Assembly (NCBI RefSeq): GCF_009914755.1
Contig: NC_060934.1
Direction: 5' to 3' (one strand)
DNA: 64,000 nucleotides
From: the human T2T-CHM13v2.0 reference genome, Homo sapiens
Below, piece by piece: positions 1-13,184 of the stretch (position 1 is its first letter; every line of letters begins with the position of its first letter). The position numbers and the translations under genes were made by a program. A model generated the notes under the pieces. It was not told the origin of the DNA. It did not search any database and saw only the letters and a list, made by a program, of their open reading frames with translations.

Positions 1-270
<270 letters not shown>

Positions 271-1554
271 AAAGAAGACATTTTTAATCAAAGAGTGGGT
301 GCATCTTTAAAGTTTTTAGTACACATGGCCAAATTTCCCCACAGAAAACCTGTATCAATTTGTACTCAGATAAGCAGAGTACAAATTGATACAGATTTGA
401 ACTCTGTGCAGGGATTGCCCCCACCTCCCAAATCATCACCAACACTTCCTTGACCTTATTTTATTGCTTTTTAAAAGTTAATTCATATATCTTATTCATG
501 TAAGTATCTGTTTATCATTCATTTAATATAAAAGAGTAAGTCTAGGAGATCCCAGGTCATGGAACCCTTGACAAACCAAGGTGGCTAGTTTTGACTTTAA
601 AACTCCTAAGAAAAATTAATGAGACACTGGGGAGCATGGGCACTAGGAAAAAAAAACATTAAATGGGACAATCTATATTAGAAAATGAAAAATCAATACC
701 CCAGGCAGACTAAGACTTAAACATAAGCCTAGAACTATCCTCAAAGAGATAAAGACAGGTATTGAAAACATGAGGCAAGAAGAAAAAGTTACAGAAGGGA
801 GATCAACTGGTGACACAGGGCATGAAAAATATCATAGTTGCAGGAATGCATTCGCCAGAATAAATTAAAGAGCAAAGTGGGAATGAAGAACCAACCAGTG
901 GCCTTGAAGGATAAAAGATAAAAGAATGAAAGAAAAGTTAAGAGACATGGATGACAGACATCAAAACTGAGTGGAAGGCACCTGAGAGTGGACAACAATG
1001 TCACTTACTCATGATGATGTGTCAAGTCTAGAATAGGAACTCAGCAAAAGCATGCTCCCAGCTACTATTTCTTTTGGGAAAGTGGAAACCACTATATATA
1101 TTCATATATGTGTGTATATATATATATATTCAAATATGTATATAAATATTCAATATATAAATATATCTGTATATATATTCATTTCTGTGTTTTACTGAGT
1201 TTCCTTATAAAAGTGTTCCAGATGGTGACAAGAAATTCCAAAATATATTTTATTCAATATAATTTTCAAAACTATACTGTTTACCTCTTAAGTAAGAAAA
1301 CCCAGATTGCAGGCTTCTTCTTTAATGTGCTGTCATGAAATCAAGTGTATTTTTAACATGTTCTGAACAGAGTAATTTATAAAGAGATAGGATATAATTT
1401 GAAGATTGGGATAAACATCATCCTAAAGATAAAACAAGAGAAAAGATGTCTTGTTGGCTAAATAAAAAACATTGTACAAATTGTTTCTCATTTGGTAGCA
1501 TCTATTTGATGAATATAAATATGCTGGGTTTTTTCTTAAAAAATAAAAAGGACT

Positions 1555-1954
1555 TGCTAAAAGAAAAACTTTAGCTGAATTAAATTTAAAGCAGTTTAAT
1601 TCAGCAAAGAACAATTTGCAAATCAGGCAGCCTCCTGAGCCACAGAAGGCTCAGAGACTCCAGCAGAGACATATGGTGGAAGAAGATTTATGGACAGAAA
1701 AAGGGAAGTGATGTACAGAAAATGGAAGTGAGTTACAGACACAGCCGGATTGGTTACAGCTCAGCGTTTGCCTTATTTGAACAAAGTTTGAACAGTTAGC
1801 CACTTTTGATTGGCCAAAACTTGGTGATTAGCACAGAATAGATTACAGTCTGTTTATAACTCCATTTAGATCATAGTTCACAATGTACGGAGAAATCTTT
1901 AGGCTGAACTTAAAATATATACGGAGGCAGTTTTAGGATAAACTTGATTTACCA
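1555..1954 (-). mobile_element. MER57-family (ERV1) solo LTR
   Basis: The right end ggaggcagttttaggataaacttgatttacca resembles the reverse complement of the MER57 5' end; 4-bp TSD GACT at 1551-1554 and 1955-1958. Confidence 0.75.
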
Positions 1955-3697
1955 GACTTTCCAGACAAGAGTTTTTTTTTTAAAATACTGTCTATAGGTT
2001 TAATTGATCTCTGGTTTATTCGATCTATGTGCTAAACAGTTAAGAAATGGCACATGATATTTACCTCCTGTTGGCTGACACACACACAAAAAGAAATGGC
2101 ACAAGAATAGTTATTTTCAGAATTGTTCTCCCTTAAACAATGAAAATCCAAGTGTTTATTCTTCCTTTAAATAAACTTGCTTTCAAAACCCTTTTTTCCA
2201 AACCTCTTCTGTGATTTTTCTCCCATTTTTACACTTAGGCTTTTAAATTGGAAAATCATGAACCATGGTCAATGGAGACTAAGACTAAGGAAAATAGCTA
2301 TCAAAATAAGTCAAATTTACTAAAAAGAGTTATAGTAACATCACACAGTACTCACAAATAGGAAGCTTTCTAACAAACCACTTATTTCTGAGATATGTGT
2401 TCCAAGTTGACATATTGTTAGGGATTCCAAACAAAGGAGCTAGAGGACATCATCTCATTCAACTCCATTATTGATATATGCAGAAACTGAGGCACAGGGA
2501 GACAAACAATGTCGCCAAGCCAGTGAGTGGCGGCATCTAAACTAGTATCCCGTGCCACAACCTCCCAGGCCATTTCTTGCAGTTGTCAGTGAGGTTATAG
2601 TATAGAACATTTTTAAATACTGACTAAATTATGCAGACTTGCAAGAAAGCAGATGATACAATCTGTGAAGCTTGGAAGGACAGGAGAGAGGCCTGGAAGG
2701 GCAGATGGCCAGTGTGTATTCAGGCAAGGAAGCAAGAGGCAGGGAAGCAACTGGAGGGAGGGAGCCTTCAGCAAGGCCTTGGCCAGAAGGGCTCCTTGTC
2801 CAGGGAGAACCCATGGAAGACCCCATGCAGGAAACTGCTCACGGCCACCAGGTCTCACATAGCCATGGCTGGATACATGCCTAATTCAGTGGTAGAGGAT
2901 ACCGAAGGGCTGCCTGTGCACCAGCCCTTCTGATACTTGCCTCCTTCCTCTTCTACCCATACCCACACGTCACCTACCCCTGTTCCCTCCCTCCACAGCC
3001 ACCAAGACCATCCCAAAAGAAGTCAGTCCAGTTGATTCCCCAATAGGTCTTGTAAGTGTGTGGAATTATCTCAGGGAGTTTCTGCTCCTCCCCAACCCAA
3101 CCCCAAAGTTTTACTCCTTTTCTTGCTGATTCCTGAAATTCCTTCCATTAGAAATAGAAACTTTCTTTTCCAATGGGGATAGGCAAGAGCTTAAAATGTA
3201 AATGTTTGATTTAATTGTCATATTGGCTGGTATACATTTCACTGAAATGTTATCAAGCAATGGCTAATTTGCTCTCTCTTCCTCACCAACTCACCCAGTA
3301 TGTCAGCAATTTTATCAGCTTTACCTACGAAACAGCCTGTATCCAAACACTTAACACACTCACCTGAAAAGTTCAGGCAACAATCGCCTTCTCATGGGTC
3401 TCTCTGCTCCAGTTCTGAACCTTTCTCTTTTCCTAGAACATGCATTTAAGTCGATAGAAGTTCCTCTGAGTACTGCTTCTCCCTCTTGCCATAGGTATTA
3501 ATTTAAGTTCGTTCATTGTCATTTATTTCTTAATTGTCATTATTTACTTCTTGTCTATAATTTAGGTTTTGATTTTCTTTTTAACACATAAAGCATATAG
3601 AACAGTATTTTTAATTTTCATGAGATGAGTTTTTTTTTAAATTTTCTTGCTTTTATTTTCTAGTTGTAGTGAAGCATAGTTAAAAATATAGCCTGTA

Positions 3698-4858
3698 CAA
3701 TACCATTCGGGACATAGGCATGGGCAAAGATTTCATGACGAAAATGCCAAAAGCAATTACAACAAAAGCAAAAATTGAGAAATGTGATCTAATTAAACTA
3801 AAGAGCTTCTACATAGCAAAAGAAACTATCATCAGAGTGAACAGACAACCTGCAGAATGGGAGAAAATTTTTGCAATCTATCCATCTTGCAAAGGTATAA
3901 TATTCAGAGTCTACAAGGAACTTAAACAAATTTACGAGAAAAAAAAAACACAAAAAATCCTAATAAAAAGTGGGCAAAGGACACGAGCAGATACTTCTCA
4001 AAAGATGACATTCATGCAGCCAACAAACATATGAAAAAAAGCTCATCATCACTGGTAGAGAAATGTAAATCAAAACCACAATGAGATACCATCTTATGAC
4101 AGTCAGAATTACAATCATTAAAGAGTTAAGAAACAACAGATGCTGGTGAGGTTGTGGGGAAAAAAGGAATGCTTTTACACTGTTGGTGGGAATACAAATT
4201 AGTTCAACCATTGTGGAAGACAGTGTGGCAATTTTCAAAAATCTAGAAGCAGAAATACCATTTGACCAAGCAATCCCATTACTGGGTATATAAGGAATAT
4301 AAATCATCTTATTATAAAGATACATGCATGTGTATGTTCATTGCAGCACTATTCACAATAGTAAAGACATGGAATCAATCCAAATGCCCATCAGTGACAG
4401 ACTGGATAAACAAAATGTGGTACATACACCATGGAATACCATGCAGCCATAAAAAGAAACAAGATCATGTCTTTTGCAGGGACATGAATGGAAATGGAAG
4501 ACGTTATCCTCAGCAAACTAACATAGGAACAGGAAACCAAAACTAACCTCAGCGAACTAACACAGGAACAGAAAACCAAGCACCACATGTCCTCACTTAC
4601 AAGTGGGAGCTGAACTATGAGAACATGTGGATACAGGGAAGGGAGAAACACACACTGGGGCCTATTGTTGGGGGAGGCCAGGGGAAGGAGAGCATGAGGA
4701 AGAATAGTTAATGGATGCTTGCTGGGCTTAATAGCTAGGTGATGGGTTGATCTGTGCAGCAAACCACCATGGCACACGTTTACCCATGTAACAAACCTGC
4801 ACATCCTGCACATGTACCGCAGAACTTAAAATAAAAATTGAAAAACAAAATAAAACAA
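3698..4858 (+). mobile_element. 5'-truncated L1PA/L1PB (ORF2 3' end, 3'UTR, A-tail) inserted into an older antisense L1M fragment
   Basis: Degenerate ORF2p C-terminal peptide ([19 protein letters not shown]...), L1 3'UTR and A-rich tail; TSD-like atatagcctgta / atatggcctgta. Confidence 0.95.
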
Positions 4859-5771
4859 GTTACATCACCTAGATATATATATGGCCTGTATAATGCAACC
4901 TAGCAACATCTACTCTCTGGCCAATATATGATTAATTTTTGTAAATATTCAATATCACTTATTTGGATGTAAATTTCTATGTGTGTGCATATGTAGGTAT
5001 GTATACACACATATATAAGTATATGTACACATATATGTACGTATAAAATTCTCATTTTTTATATATATCCAAAATTTCTAAGCTTTATATATGTATGATT
5101 TATATATACACGTAGAAATAATCTAATTGTAAAATTTGCTACTTGAATCCTGTATGTTAACTGAAATAGAACTCCACGATGGCAGAGATTTTTGTTTATT
5201 TTTTCCCTGCTATAATCCTCAGTATGAAAAACAGTTTCTGGAACATGGTAGGCATCTAATAGATGTTTACGGAATGAATGCTAAATATCCATCTATTTTC
5301 TACTTTGCATGTCAATTTTTGAGAGATATATATTAAAATGCCTCAGTGGACTGCATCAGAAACTCCTCCGAGGGGCCAAATGTTTGGGAGAAAAAGGAGT
5401 TGACAACATTGCTGAGAAATTTAAAGGCCCACACAAAACTGATTCAACAAAGACTTACTGTGTACCTCAGGTCTTCAGGCACCGAGAATTTAAAGACACC
5501 AGAGCTCCTGTTTTGCATAATTCCAGGGGGCACCATACACATCCCAGTTTATGTGAACGTGACCTCTGAAGTTGTGCCGTGCACTCCTACACAGCTATTT
5601 GTAGGGCCCTATGCTTGTTCTCAATTGTACTTAAAATACCTACTGGGAGGCTCAGAGGTTTGTATTTTGAGGTCCGATAACTCTATGTAACAAATTCTAT
5701 ACATCACTATATTCAAGGCATGGCTTCCCCTGTTCTCTGCCCTGCCACAACCTTAACACCTCAAAACACAC

Positions 5772-5775
<4 letters not shown>

Positions 5776-5805
<30 letters not shown>
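5776..5805. repeat. (TC)n microsatellite
   Basis: Direct reading. Confidence 0.95.
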
Positions 5806-5808
<3 letters not shown>

Positions 5809-6768
5809 ACCCTGGCCAACCTGTAATGTGTTGGCAAATTCATTATAGCAGCAGATGCTCTTCTTTTCAGGGACTATTTAACTCTGGACTTTTGTAATAG
5901 TCCAAAACACACACACCTACAATGAAAAACATCTGTGGGATGAAAACATTTGTGCAATGAAAAAACATCTGTCTGAAATCTGATTTAGGGCTGTCTACCA
6001 CAAGTCAGGAGAGTTCAACCCCTGGATATGTTCATGGTCAATGATAGTTAAACTATTATAGCTCTGGGTAAACCAGACCTTGACAGAGCCTCCAATCAGT
6101 AATTCAATAACTGGAAAACTGACCCCAATCATTGCTCATTGCCCCTGCTCAAAAACTGGTTCCACAGAATTAAATCATTTCTCTAAGGAAATTTTCAAAG
6201 TGAATGATTTATTAGCAATTACAAAAGAACCATGACTCTGCTTGGCAGCTATCAGAATGCCGTGACCTCAGTGAGTTACAATGGAATTTTCTGGAAGAAT
6301 GTAGAAGAGAAAAAAATGTTACCAAAGTTTTGCCAGAAATTCTGTAAGCATTTTGATGTTTCGACCATTTTATTCTTTCCTAGGACGTTTTTCTATTCCT
6401 AGCTGAATATAGAACCTGGTTGTCAAAATTGTGATCATCTCTCTTTCTTATTCCAAGCAGTCAGGTTCCCTGATACCTCCCTTCAACAATGCTACTAATG
6501 CCCATCTCTATCTAGCAACGTTTTCTTCCTCACCTGCTTCCATCACTGCTGTATGCCCTGGGGTCTTAAAGGTATGAGGAAAATATGTGCTTCAAGAAAA
6601 ATAGTAGTGAAATTTTGGGAACATAAAAACTGCTTCATGCACTGAGAAAATTTCCACCACTGCACTTAGACATCTACTGAATGCCAAGTGCCTGAAAACT
6701 AGGGCAGGGGTTCTCTCCCACTGCAAACCAAATGTGTTAGGCTGTAAGCTCCCTGAAGGCAGCAGTAG

Positions 6769-7368
6769 TGTGGCAGGCCAGGTGTCACTAATGCAAGCCT
6801 CCGTAACAACAGTTTCAGTACTGACTGAGTGGTTAAGTTAAATATTGAAAGCTAAAAAAGCCAGTGCGCTTATATAAAGGCTGGAATGTAACAAAAGCCT
6901 ACCAAGAGCTTTGCCTAGGCTTTTTTCTGGGCCTTAAAGCATGATTAAACAAGTTTTACTGTGGGTCTGGAGAAACTCTCCAGGCTTCGACAAACAAGTT
7001 TACTGCGGGTCTGAAGTAAATCCCCAGACCTCCGTGATTTAGCAGGAGACAAGAGTAATCACCCCACCACCTGGAACCATTTAGATTAAGTAAATTTACT
7101 GAGGCTCCAGACGAAGGTCTTCAGGACTAGACCTTAGTTATAGATTAAAAAAAGTTAATCACTTATGTCTTTAGATGAATGCACACTTACACGTAGACAT
7201 ATAAGCTCTAGAAAACTTTCTAATTTTGAGTTTGTCTGGTGATAATTTCCAGGCCTTCTCCCTGTAACTGGTTACAGAAATAAAAACTCTGTTCCTTCCC
7301 AGTTCATCTGCATCTTGTTATTGGGCCGCAAGAAACAGCAGCCTAACCCTCAGTTTGGCCTGGAAACA
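6769..7368 (+). mobile_element. ERV1 (MER4-group) 5' LTR
   Basis: TG...CA ends, AATAAA at about 7279, followed by PBS-like tggcatgccagccagg; subfamily not assigned. Confidence 0.8.
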
Positions 7369-9255
7369 GAATGTGGCATGCCAGCCAGGAGAGACCAGGA
7401 CGGTGCTGTGTCCAGCAGCCAGAGGCTTGTGACCAGACAGTGTTCAGGAGGATCCCAGCAGCTGCCAGTGAGATTTTCCCGGGAACCCTTTTGAAGGGTC
7501 CTGTGGGTAAAAAATGCACATCTCTTTCACTACTGGGGAAGAACGGAGATCAAGAGCAGACATGCTCAAAAGGTGAGTTAACCAGATTGTATGACAGGAG
7601 CCTATTGTTTTCCTATCTGGGATTGATAAGCCATTTGTCCGGTACGACCGTGGGAAGAAATAGGGCTCGCTCGTACACCCACTTTGCATTTTGGTTAAGA
7701 TCAGGTTTTGAGTTGGTTTTGAGTCTTTTTGCCCAGTGCACTCCCCCTTATGTTGTCCAAACTTTGCCTCCACTTATTTGTGTATTGGTCTTATTTCCTT
7801 TGATATCATGTAAACTTGAAAATGGAAGGTATTGGGTCCATTCCTGCTGGGAGGCCTCTGGGAAGGAAAAATATTTTTTAGAAGCTCAGTGGTTGAGAGT
7901 CAGCTTAACTGAAAGCTAACATCCAAGATGTGTATATGTATGTGGGTGTGTTTGTATTTAAAAGGCCTTCGTGTTTTTGTTTTTGTTTTTGTTTATTTCT
8001 CTCCTAGGACCTTGTCTTTTTGAGCAAAAGTTTTTTCTTCTCAGTTAACTGAATTCTGTTTTCTTCATTAATAGCTATTTCAACAGAAGCTACTCTGGGG
8101 CTTTTTTTTTTTTTTTTTTTTTTGAGACGGAGTCTCGCTGTGTCTCCCAGGTTGGAGTGCAGTGGCGCGATCTTACTCTGGGGCTTTTAAGAGAAAGTGT
8201 AATTTAGACACTTAGAAATGTCTTTGTTTGGAAAAAAAATTTTTAAAGTGCACTGTAAAAGCATCACATGGTCTAACCTCATAATACTTCTACCTTTTTG
8301 AAAACCCAGGATTCAGTGTGGGCTCTGCCCGGAACTCAAAGATACAGTTAAAAGATAGGAGAAAGGAGGTCTTACAAATCTATAAAATGGTTTTCTATTG
8401 GCATGCCTAATATGTCTATGTATTTATGTCTTGTGTACACCATGTTTCACTATTGAAAATATATAAAAGAGTTCTGATTAATTGGCTCAAAGAAAAATAA
8501 AAGTGCTTAAATATTTTAACAGAAAAATAGAAAAGACTAGTCAAATGCTTTTTCAAGTTATGTGACTAAAAGAAAATCTTTAATAAACAAGCTAGCTTTA
8601 AAAATTATTGGTAAAGTAATATTAGAGATGTCTTAAGAGTTGCCGACATACATTTTTGTTTGCATTTATTGATCACACAATTTCATACTTATCTCTACCA
8701 AATACTATAAGGTGTCAAAATTTGGCATAGAAGCTACAAAACTATAATTTATCCCAAAACAGAATGATCTTTGCTTGTGTAATTTCTAATAAATGAAACA
8801 TTAATATTGGTTTAATGGAGATAGCTAAATCTTGAATTATTTAGTAAAAATATCCTAACTTATAATCTTGTGGCCTTAGGCAGTCTAGTCCACAGACATG
8901 AAGGAAGTTTGTTCTGGGAAAGGACTGTTATCTTTGTTTCAAAGCTAAACTATAAGCTAAGTTAATGAACAAGAATAGCTTGGAGGCTAGAAACAAGTCA
9001 GTTAGGTCAGGTCGTTTTCACTGTCTCAGTTACAATTTTGCAATGGCGGTTTCATAACTTTAAATGATGACTATTGCAGTTTTCATAAATAATCTAGGTA
9101 AATGATTAAAATAAGTAGATAAATGTAATGGAATACTCATAAACAAACTTGCCATAATTTCGAATCTAAAGTTATATTAAATTAAACAACGGATATTTCA
9201 TTATTTGGGTATTCTCCAATAAAATACATTGTAGGAAAACATTCTTTTTTAGTTC
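7369..9255 (+). mobile_element. MER4-group ERV internal leader, truncated and non-coding
   Basis: PBS-like motif, splice donor AAG|GTGAGT (GT at 7573), AT-rich internal sequence; no gag/pol ORF and no 3' LTR. Confidence 0.7.
8102..8173 (-). mobile_element. Severely 5'-truncated young Alu (about 50 nt plus a 22-nt tail)
   Basis: Alu 3' end with CpGs retained; perfect TSD tactctggggctttt starting at 8091 and 8174. Confidence 0.9.
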
Positions 9256-9269
9256 TAATTTCCTTGAAA

Positions 9270-10572
9270 AAACTTTCTGCTGCTTGCTCTTTCTCAACTC
9301 CCTCTTGAAGGCAAATGACTTAGATTTGCTCTTCTGGGGTTATTTTCTAGATTTCATGGGAATTCTTTATTCCTTTTATTCTTTTTTTCTCCACTGGCTA
9401 TGCATTTTCAAATAGTCTGTCTTTGAGCTCACTACTTCTTTCTTCTGCCTTATTAGTTCTGCTGTTGAGACCTTCTGATGCATTTTTCAGTTCAGCCAAT
9501 GTATTTCCCAGTTCTAAAATTTGTTTAATTTTTTAAAAAATTATTTCAATCTGCTTGTTAAATTTCTCTGATACATTTCTGAATTGCTTTTATATGTTAT
9601 TTTGGAGTTTGCAGTTTCCTCAAAACTGCTAGTTTGGATTCTTCATCTGAGAACTTACATATCACTATTTCATTAGGGTCAGTACTGGAATCTTGCTCTG
9701 TCCGTTTAAGGAGGTCATGGTTCCCTATTTGCTGTTGTTTATTATAAACATACAACTATGTCTTCGCATTGAAGGATTCGTTATTTTTTCCAGTCTTTGC
9801 TGTCTGTGTTACTTTGCTCTTACTAGCATATGTGTGTTTAGAGGTTACCCGTGAAATTTGCCTGTTAATTCCCTTAGCACTAGATCACTACCTCCTTTTT
9901 GGCACTAGATGGTGCCCTAAGACCAGGTTTGCCGCAGCTTTTGCAGCCTTTCAAAGCACTGCCGATCTTGGAAAGAAGGTGTCCCAGAGGGGATTCCCTG
10001 GCTGGGTGGGAAAGCTGGCTAGGGGTTTGTGCCCTCAAGGATCCAGGCAGTGCACCTCCTACAGCATGGTGCTGCCAAACTGCCTCTCTGATTTGGCATC
10101 TCTTTGCCCGGGATGGAGAGCAGCTCCCAAGTTGTATGCACTGGGGCTGCTTGCCCCACCTCTTCTGTCTAGCTCCCAGATGCCCTCAGGGTCCTTCTGG
10201 CTGCAGACACTCATGATGCTTCCCATGGGCTGAGACAGGAACAGCTTTCCTGCATAGGAATTCAAGATATTGGGGAAGATGGCTGTCCACCTTGACCTCC
10301 CTTTTTCCGGTGCTGAAAGCGTGAGTGCTGGGTGACATTTCCAGGAAGTGCCTCGCAGTTTGAAGGAAGGCTATTATGGATAGAGAAATCAATTTATCGT
10401 ATGTTCTGCTTGCAGTTTTTCACGTCTTTGTGTCTCCAGGGATTGTCACAGCCTCGGTTTTGAGTTCTTGGATATTGGTGGTGATGATCTTTACACTGGC
10501 TAGTTCTGTTTCATTTTCTGTATGGGAGAGTGAAGTCAGATTACTTCTTCTCTGCCATTTTGGTGACATCAC
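9270..10572 (-). mobile_element. Old L1 (L1M/L1MA type) 5'UTR and ORF1 fragment
   Basis: Antisense ORF1-like T-rich sequence grading into a more GC-rich 5'UTR that ends in gccatttt (YY1 motif typical of L1 5' ends). Confidence 0.7.
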
Positions 10573-11134
10573 CTTAACCCTTATACTTTTTCACATCAGT
10601 GTGGACAGCTTAAATTCTTCCATTTTTTGTCCTATATATTTTCAAAATAGATTTTTTAAATGCCTCCCCCAAAAAAGGAGTTGTAAAATCATATCTTTTA
10701 AAAATTATATTAAATCCAGAGTTTTGTTTTTGTTTCTTAACAAGCACATTTAAACCCTCTAAGCATGTGCCTTGTTTGAATGGGATTGAATGTAATGGTA
10801 GTTGCTTTGGAGTTTCTAGGCCTGAATTGCTCCAACTTTGCTTTTACTCATCCAAACCCTGCTTTGGGAAAATTGAAATCCATGAATATTAAAAATTCAA
10901 ATTTTCACATAATTAATCTGAGTAATACATTTTACTATGAAAGAACTCAAAATGTGCTTTTAAAAGGTTTCACTTCTAGTTTCTCCTAAGAGTTTCACTG
11001 CAGCCTTTAAAATACCCTTTTCCAAAACTCTATATAATTTTCATAAATATATCAATGGAGTATGTGTTTTTATGCATATCAAAATAGGTTTCTTACTGGT
11101 TCCCACTTCTCTAACCATCAAGAATAGTGATACT

Positions 11135-11252
11135 GGTCTGGCTCACAGTGGCCTGTAAGCCCAGCACTTTGGGAGACTGAGGCGGGAGAATCACTTGAGG
11201 CCAGGAGATCAAGACCAGCCTGTGCAATAAAGTTAGATGTAAAAAAAAAAAA
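11135..11252 (+). mobile_element. FLAM/Alu monomer
   Basis: Alu left-arm sequence with A-tail and TSD. Confidence 0.85.
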
Positions 11253-11265
11253 AGAATAATGATTC

Positions 11266-11559
11266 TTTATTTTATTTTTATTTTTTTTAAGACAGAGCCC
11301 AGGCTGGAGTGTAGTGGTGCCATCTCAGCTCACCACAATCTCCGCCTCCCTGGTTCTAGCGATTCCACCGAGTAGCTGGGATTATAGGTGCATGCAACCA
11401 CACCCTGCTAGTTTTTTTTATCTCTTTATTTGTATTTTTAGTAGAGATGGAGTTTCACCATGTTGGCCAGGCCAGTCTCGAACTCCTGACCTCAGGTGAT
11501 GAACCCGCCTCGGCCTCCCAAAATGCTGGGATTACAGGTGTGAGCCACTGCACCTGGCT
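11266..11559 (-). mobile_element. AluS with internal deletions
   Basis: Dimeric Alu, T-rich tail, TSD gaataatgatwct. Confidence 0.9.
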
Positions 11560-12338
11560 GAATAATGATACTTTCAAAGAGCTAATCTCCTGGTCCAACA
11601 TTCCACCTTTCACACCATCTCCCACTCTCTCACCAAAGTGTCCTATAACTGCCCTCCTTAAAACTTTTTACATCTGCAAAACTAAGTCCAAATTCCCGAG
11701 CATGACATACAAACCCTTTATGATCCAGTTCTTTCTTATCTCTCCAACCTAAGCTCTTGACAATTTCTCCTTTCCAAGCCCCAAGTCACCCACCACTTCC
11801 TCTTCCAGCCTCTCCAACTATGTTGGACTCCCCAACGCACTACACAGAGTATACTAGTACAGGGTGTGGCCTGTTCTGTGCCTAGGCCTGAATGGTTGCA
11901 AACACCTAAGCATGTGAGCAATTTATTTGTGTATTTGGCTGTTTCCCTCCTCAGGCTGTGGGTTTTTTGAGGCCTGGGATTATGCTCTATTATATTCATG
12001 TACCCACACTGTGCCTGACACATGGTAGGTGCTGATAAATATTTTATGAATATAAAAGTTGAAATAATTGAAATAAATAAGAATAACCAATGTTTACACA
12101 GAAGACAATACTCAGAAACTCATAAGGGACAGGAATTTTATTTGATGCTGTACATTACTGTTAGTAAAGGTGACCATTAACACAGTTGGATCCTCAAATG
12201 TTGATGAATGATCTAAAAAATGGAAAACTGTCTTTAAGCCACATATTGAGCAAAATAAAACATTACTGGTAGATGCATTATATTGCATTTAATAAAATGT
12301 GTCAATACTTATAAAAGTATTGCCTTTATGGAAACTCT

Positions 12339-12979
12339 TGAAGCAGAATCATTGTCTGGGGTAAATACCCAAGGTTCATCATCTCACACCAGGGGAATTG
12401 AGGACACAAATACATAAGAAGTGAGTATAAGAGTGGAGATTTAATAGGCAAAAGAAAGAAAAAAATAGAATAGTTCTGTCTCCTGCAGACAGAGGGGTGC
12501 CAGAGTGGGTCTTCTGGTTCTGAGGTGAAATGCATGGGGTTTTATAGCCAAGCTTGAGGAGGTGGTGTCTTATTTACATAGGACTCAAGAGATTGGTTGG
12601 GCCAGGTGTGCTGTTTACATAGCATGCGAAGAAGCTGGCTGCCTCACTCTAATATTTTATTATGCAAATAGACTCTTTACCTGGCCAGCACCATGTCGGC
12701 TTCTTTACTGCACACATGGTTGACAAAGAAAAGGGAAGATGGAGCCTCCATGTTGAACATACTTGGCCCCACGTAGCCTTTTCCTGTTGGCCAAGCTGCT
12801 GTCGTTCACCCGCGCAAGCTTCCAGTTTGCTTGCCTATGTCTGCAGCTCGATTTTTAAGGCTGCTCTTTGTTAGAAAAGAAATGATTTGGGGGCTGCTTT
12901 TCATTAAAAGGAAAACCTTACCGAGGACTTCCTTACCCTCACTATCTGCCTGAATAATTTCTTTTTAATTTCTATATTA
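12339..12979 (-). mobile_element. LTR9-like (ERV1) solo LTR
   Basis: The right end resembles the reverse complement of the recalled LTR9 start (…AAAGAAATTATTTAGGCAGATAGTGAGGGTAAG). Confidence 0.7.
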
Positions 12980-13184
12980 ATATTATACAGATTATGCTAT
13001 TTCAAAATCATTCTAGATTAAAGGAGGCTTGATCACAAACTGAAAACCTGAGTTAAAATACATACATTTTATCTCACATATAGGTAACTATTACCTTTAC
13101 AAAATATATTTTAGAACTTGTTATAACAGAGGATGAAAGTAAACACAGCACTTACTCCTAGCTTAGGATCAAACACTTGGAAAA

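Noticed and set aside
7371-7919. 182-aa ORF
   Set aside because: Lies in the ERV leader; no gag/pol/env resemblance
9769-10753. Overlapping 105-154 aa ORFs
   Set aside because: Within the antisense L1M 5'UTR; no recognisable product
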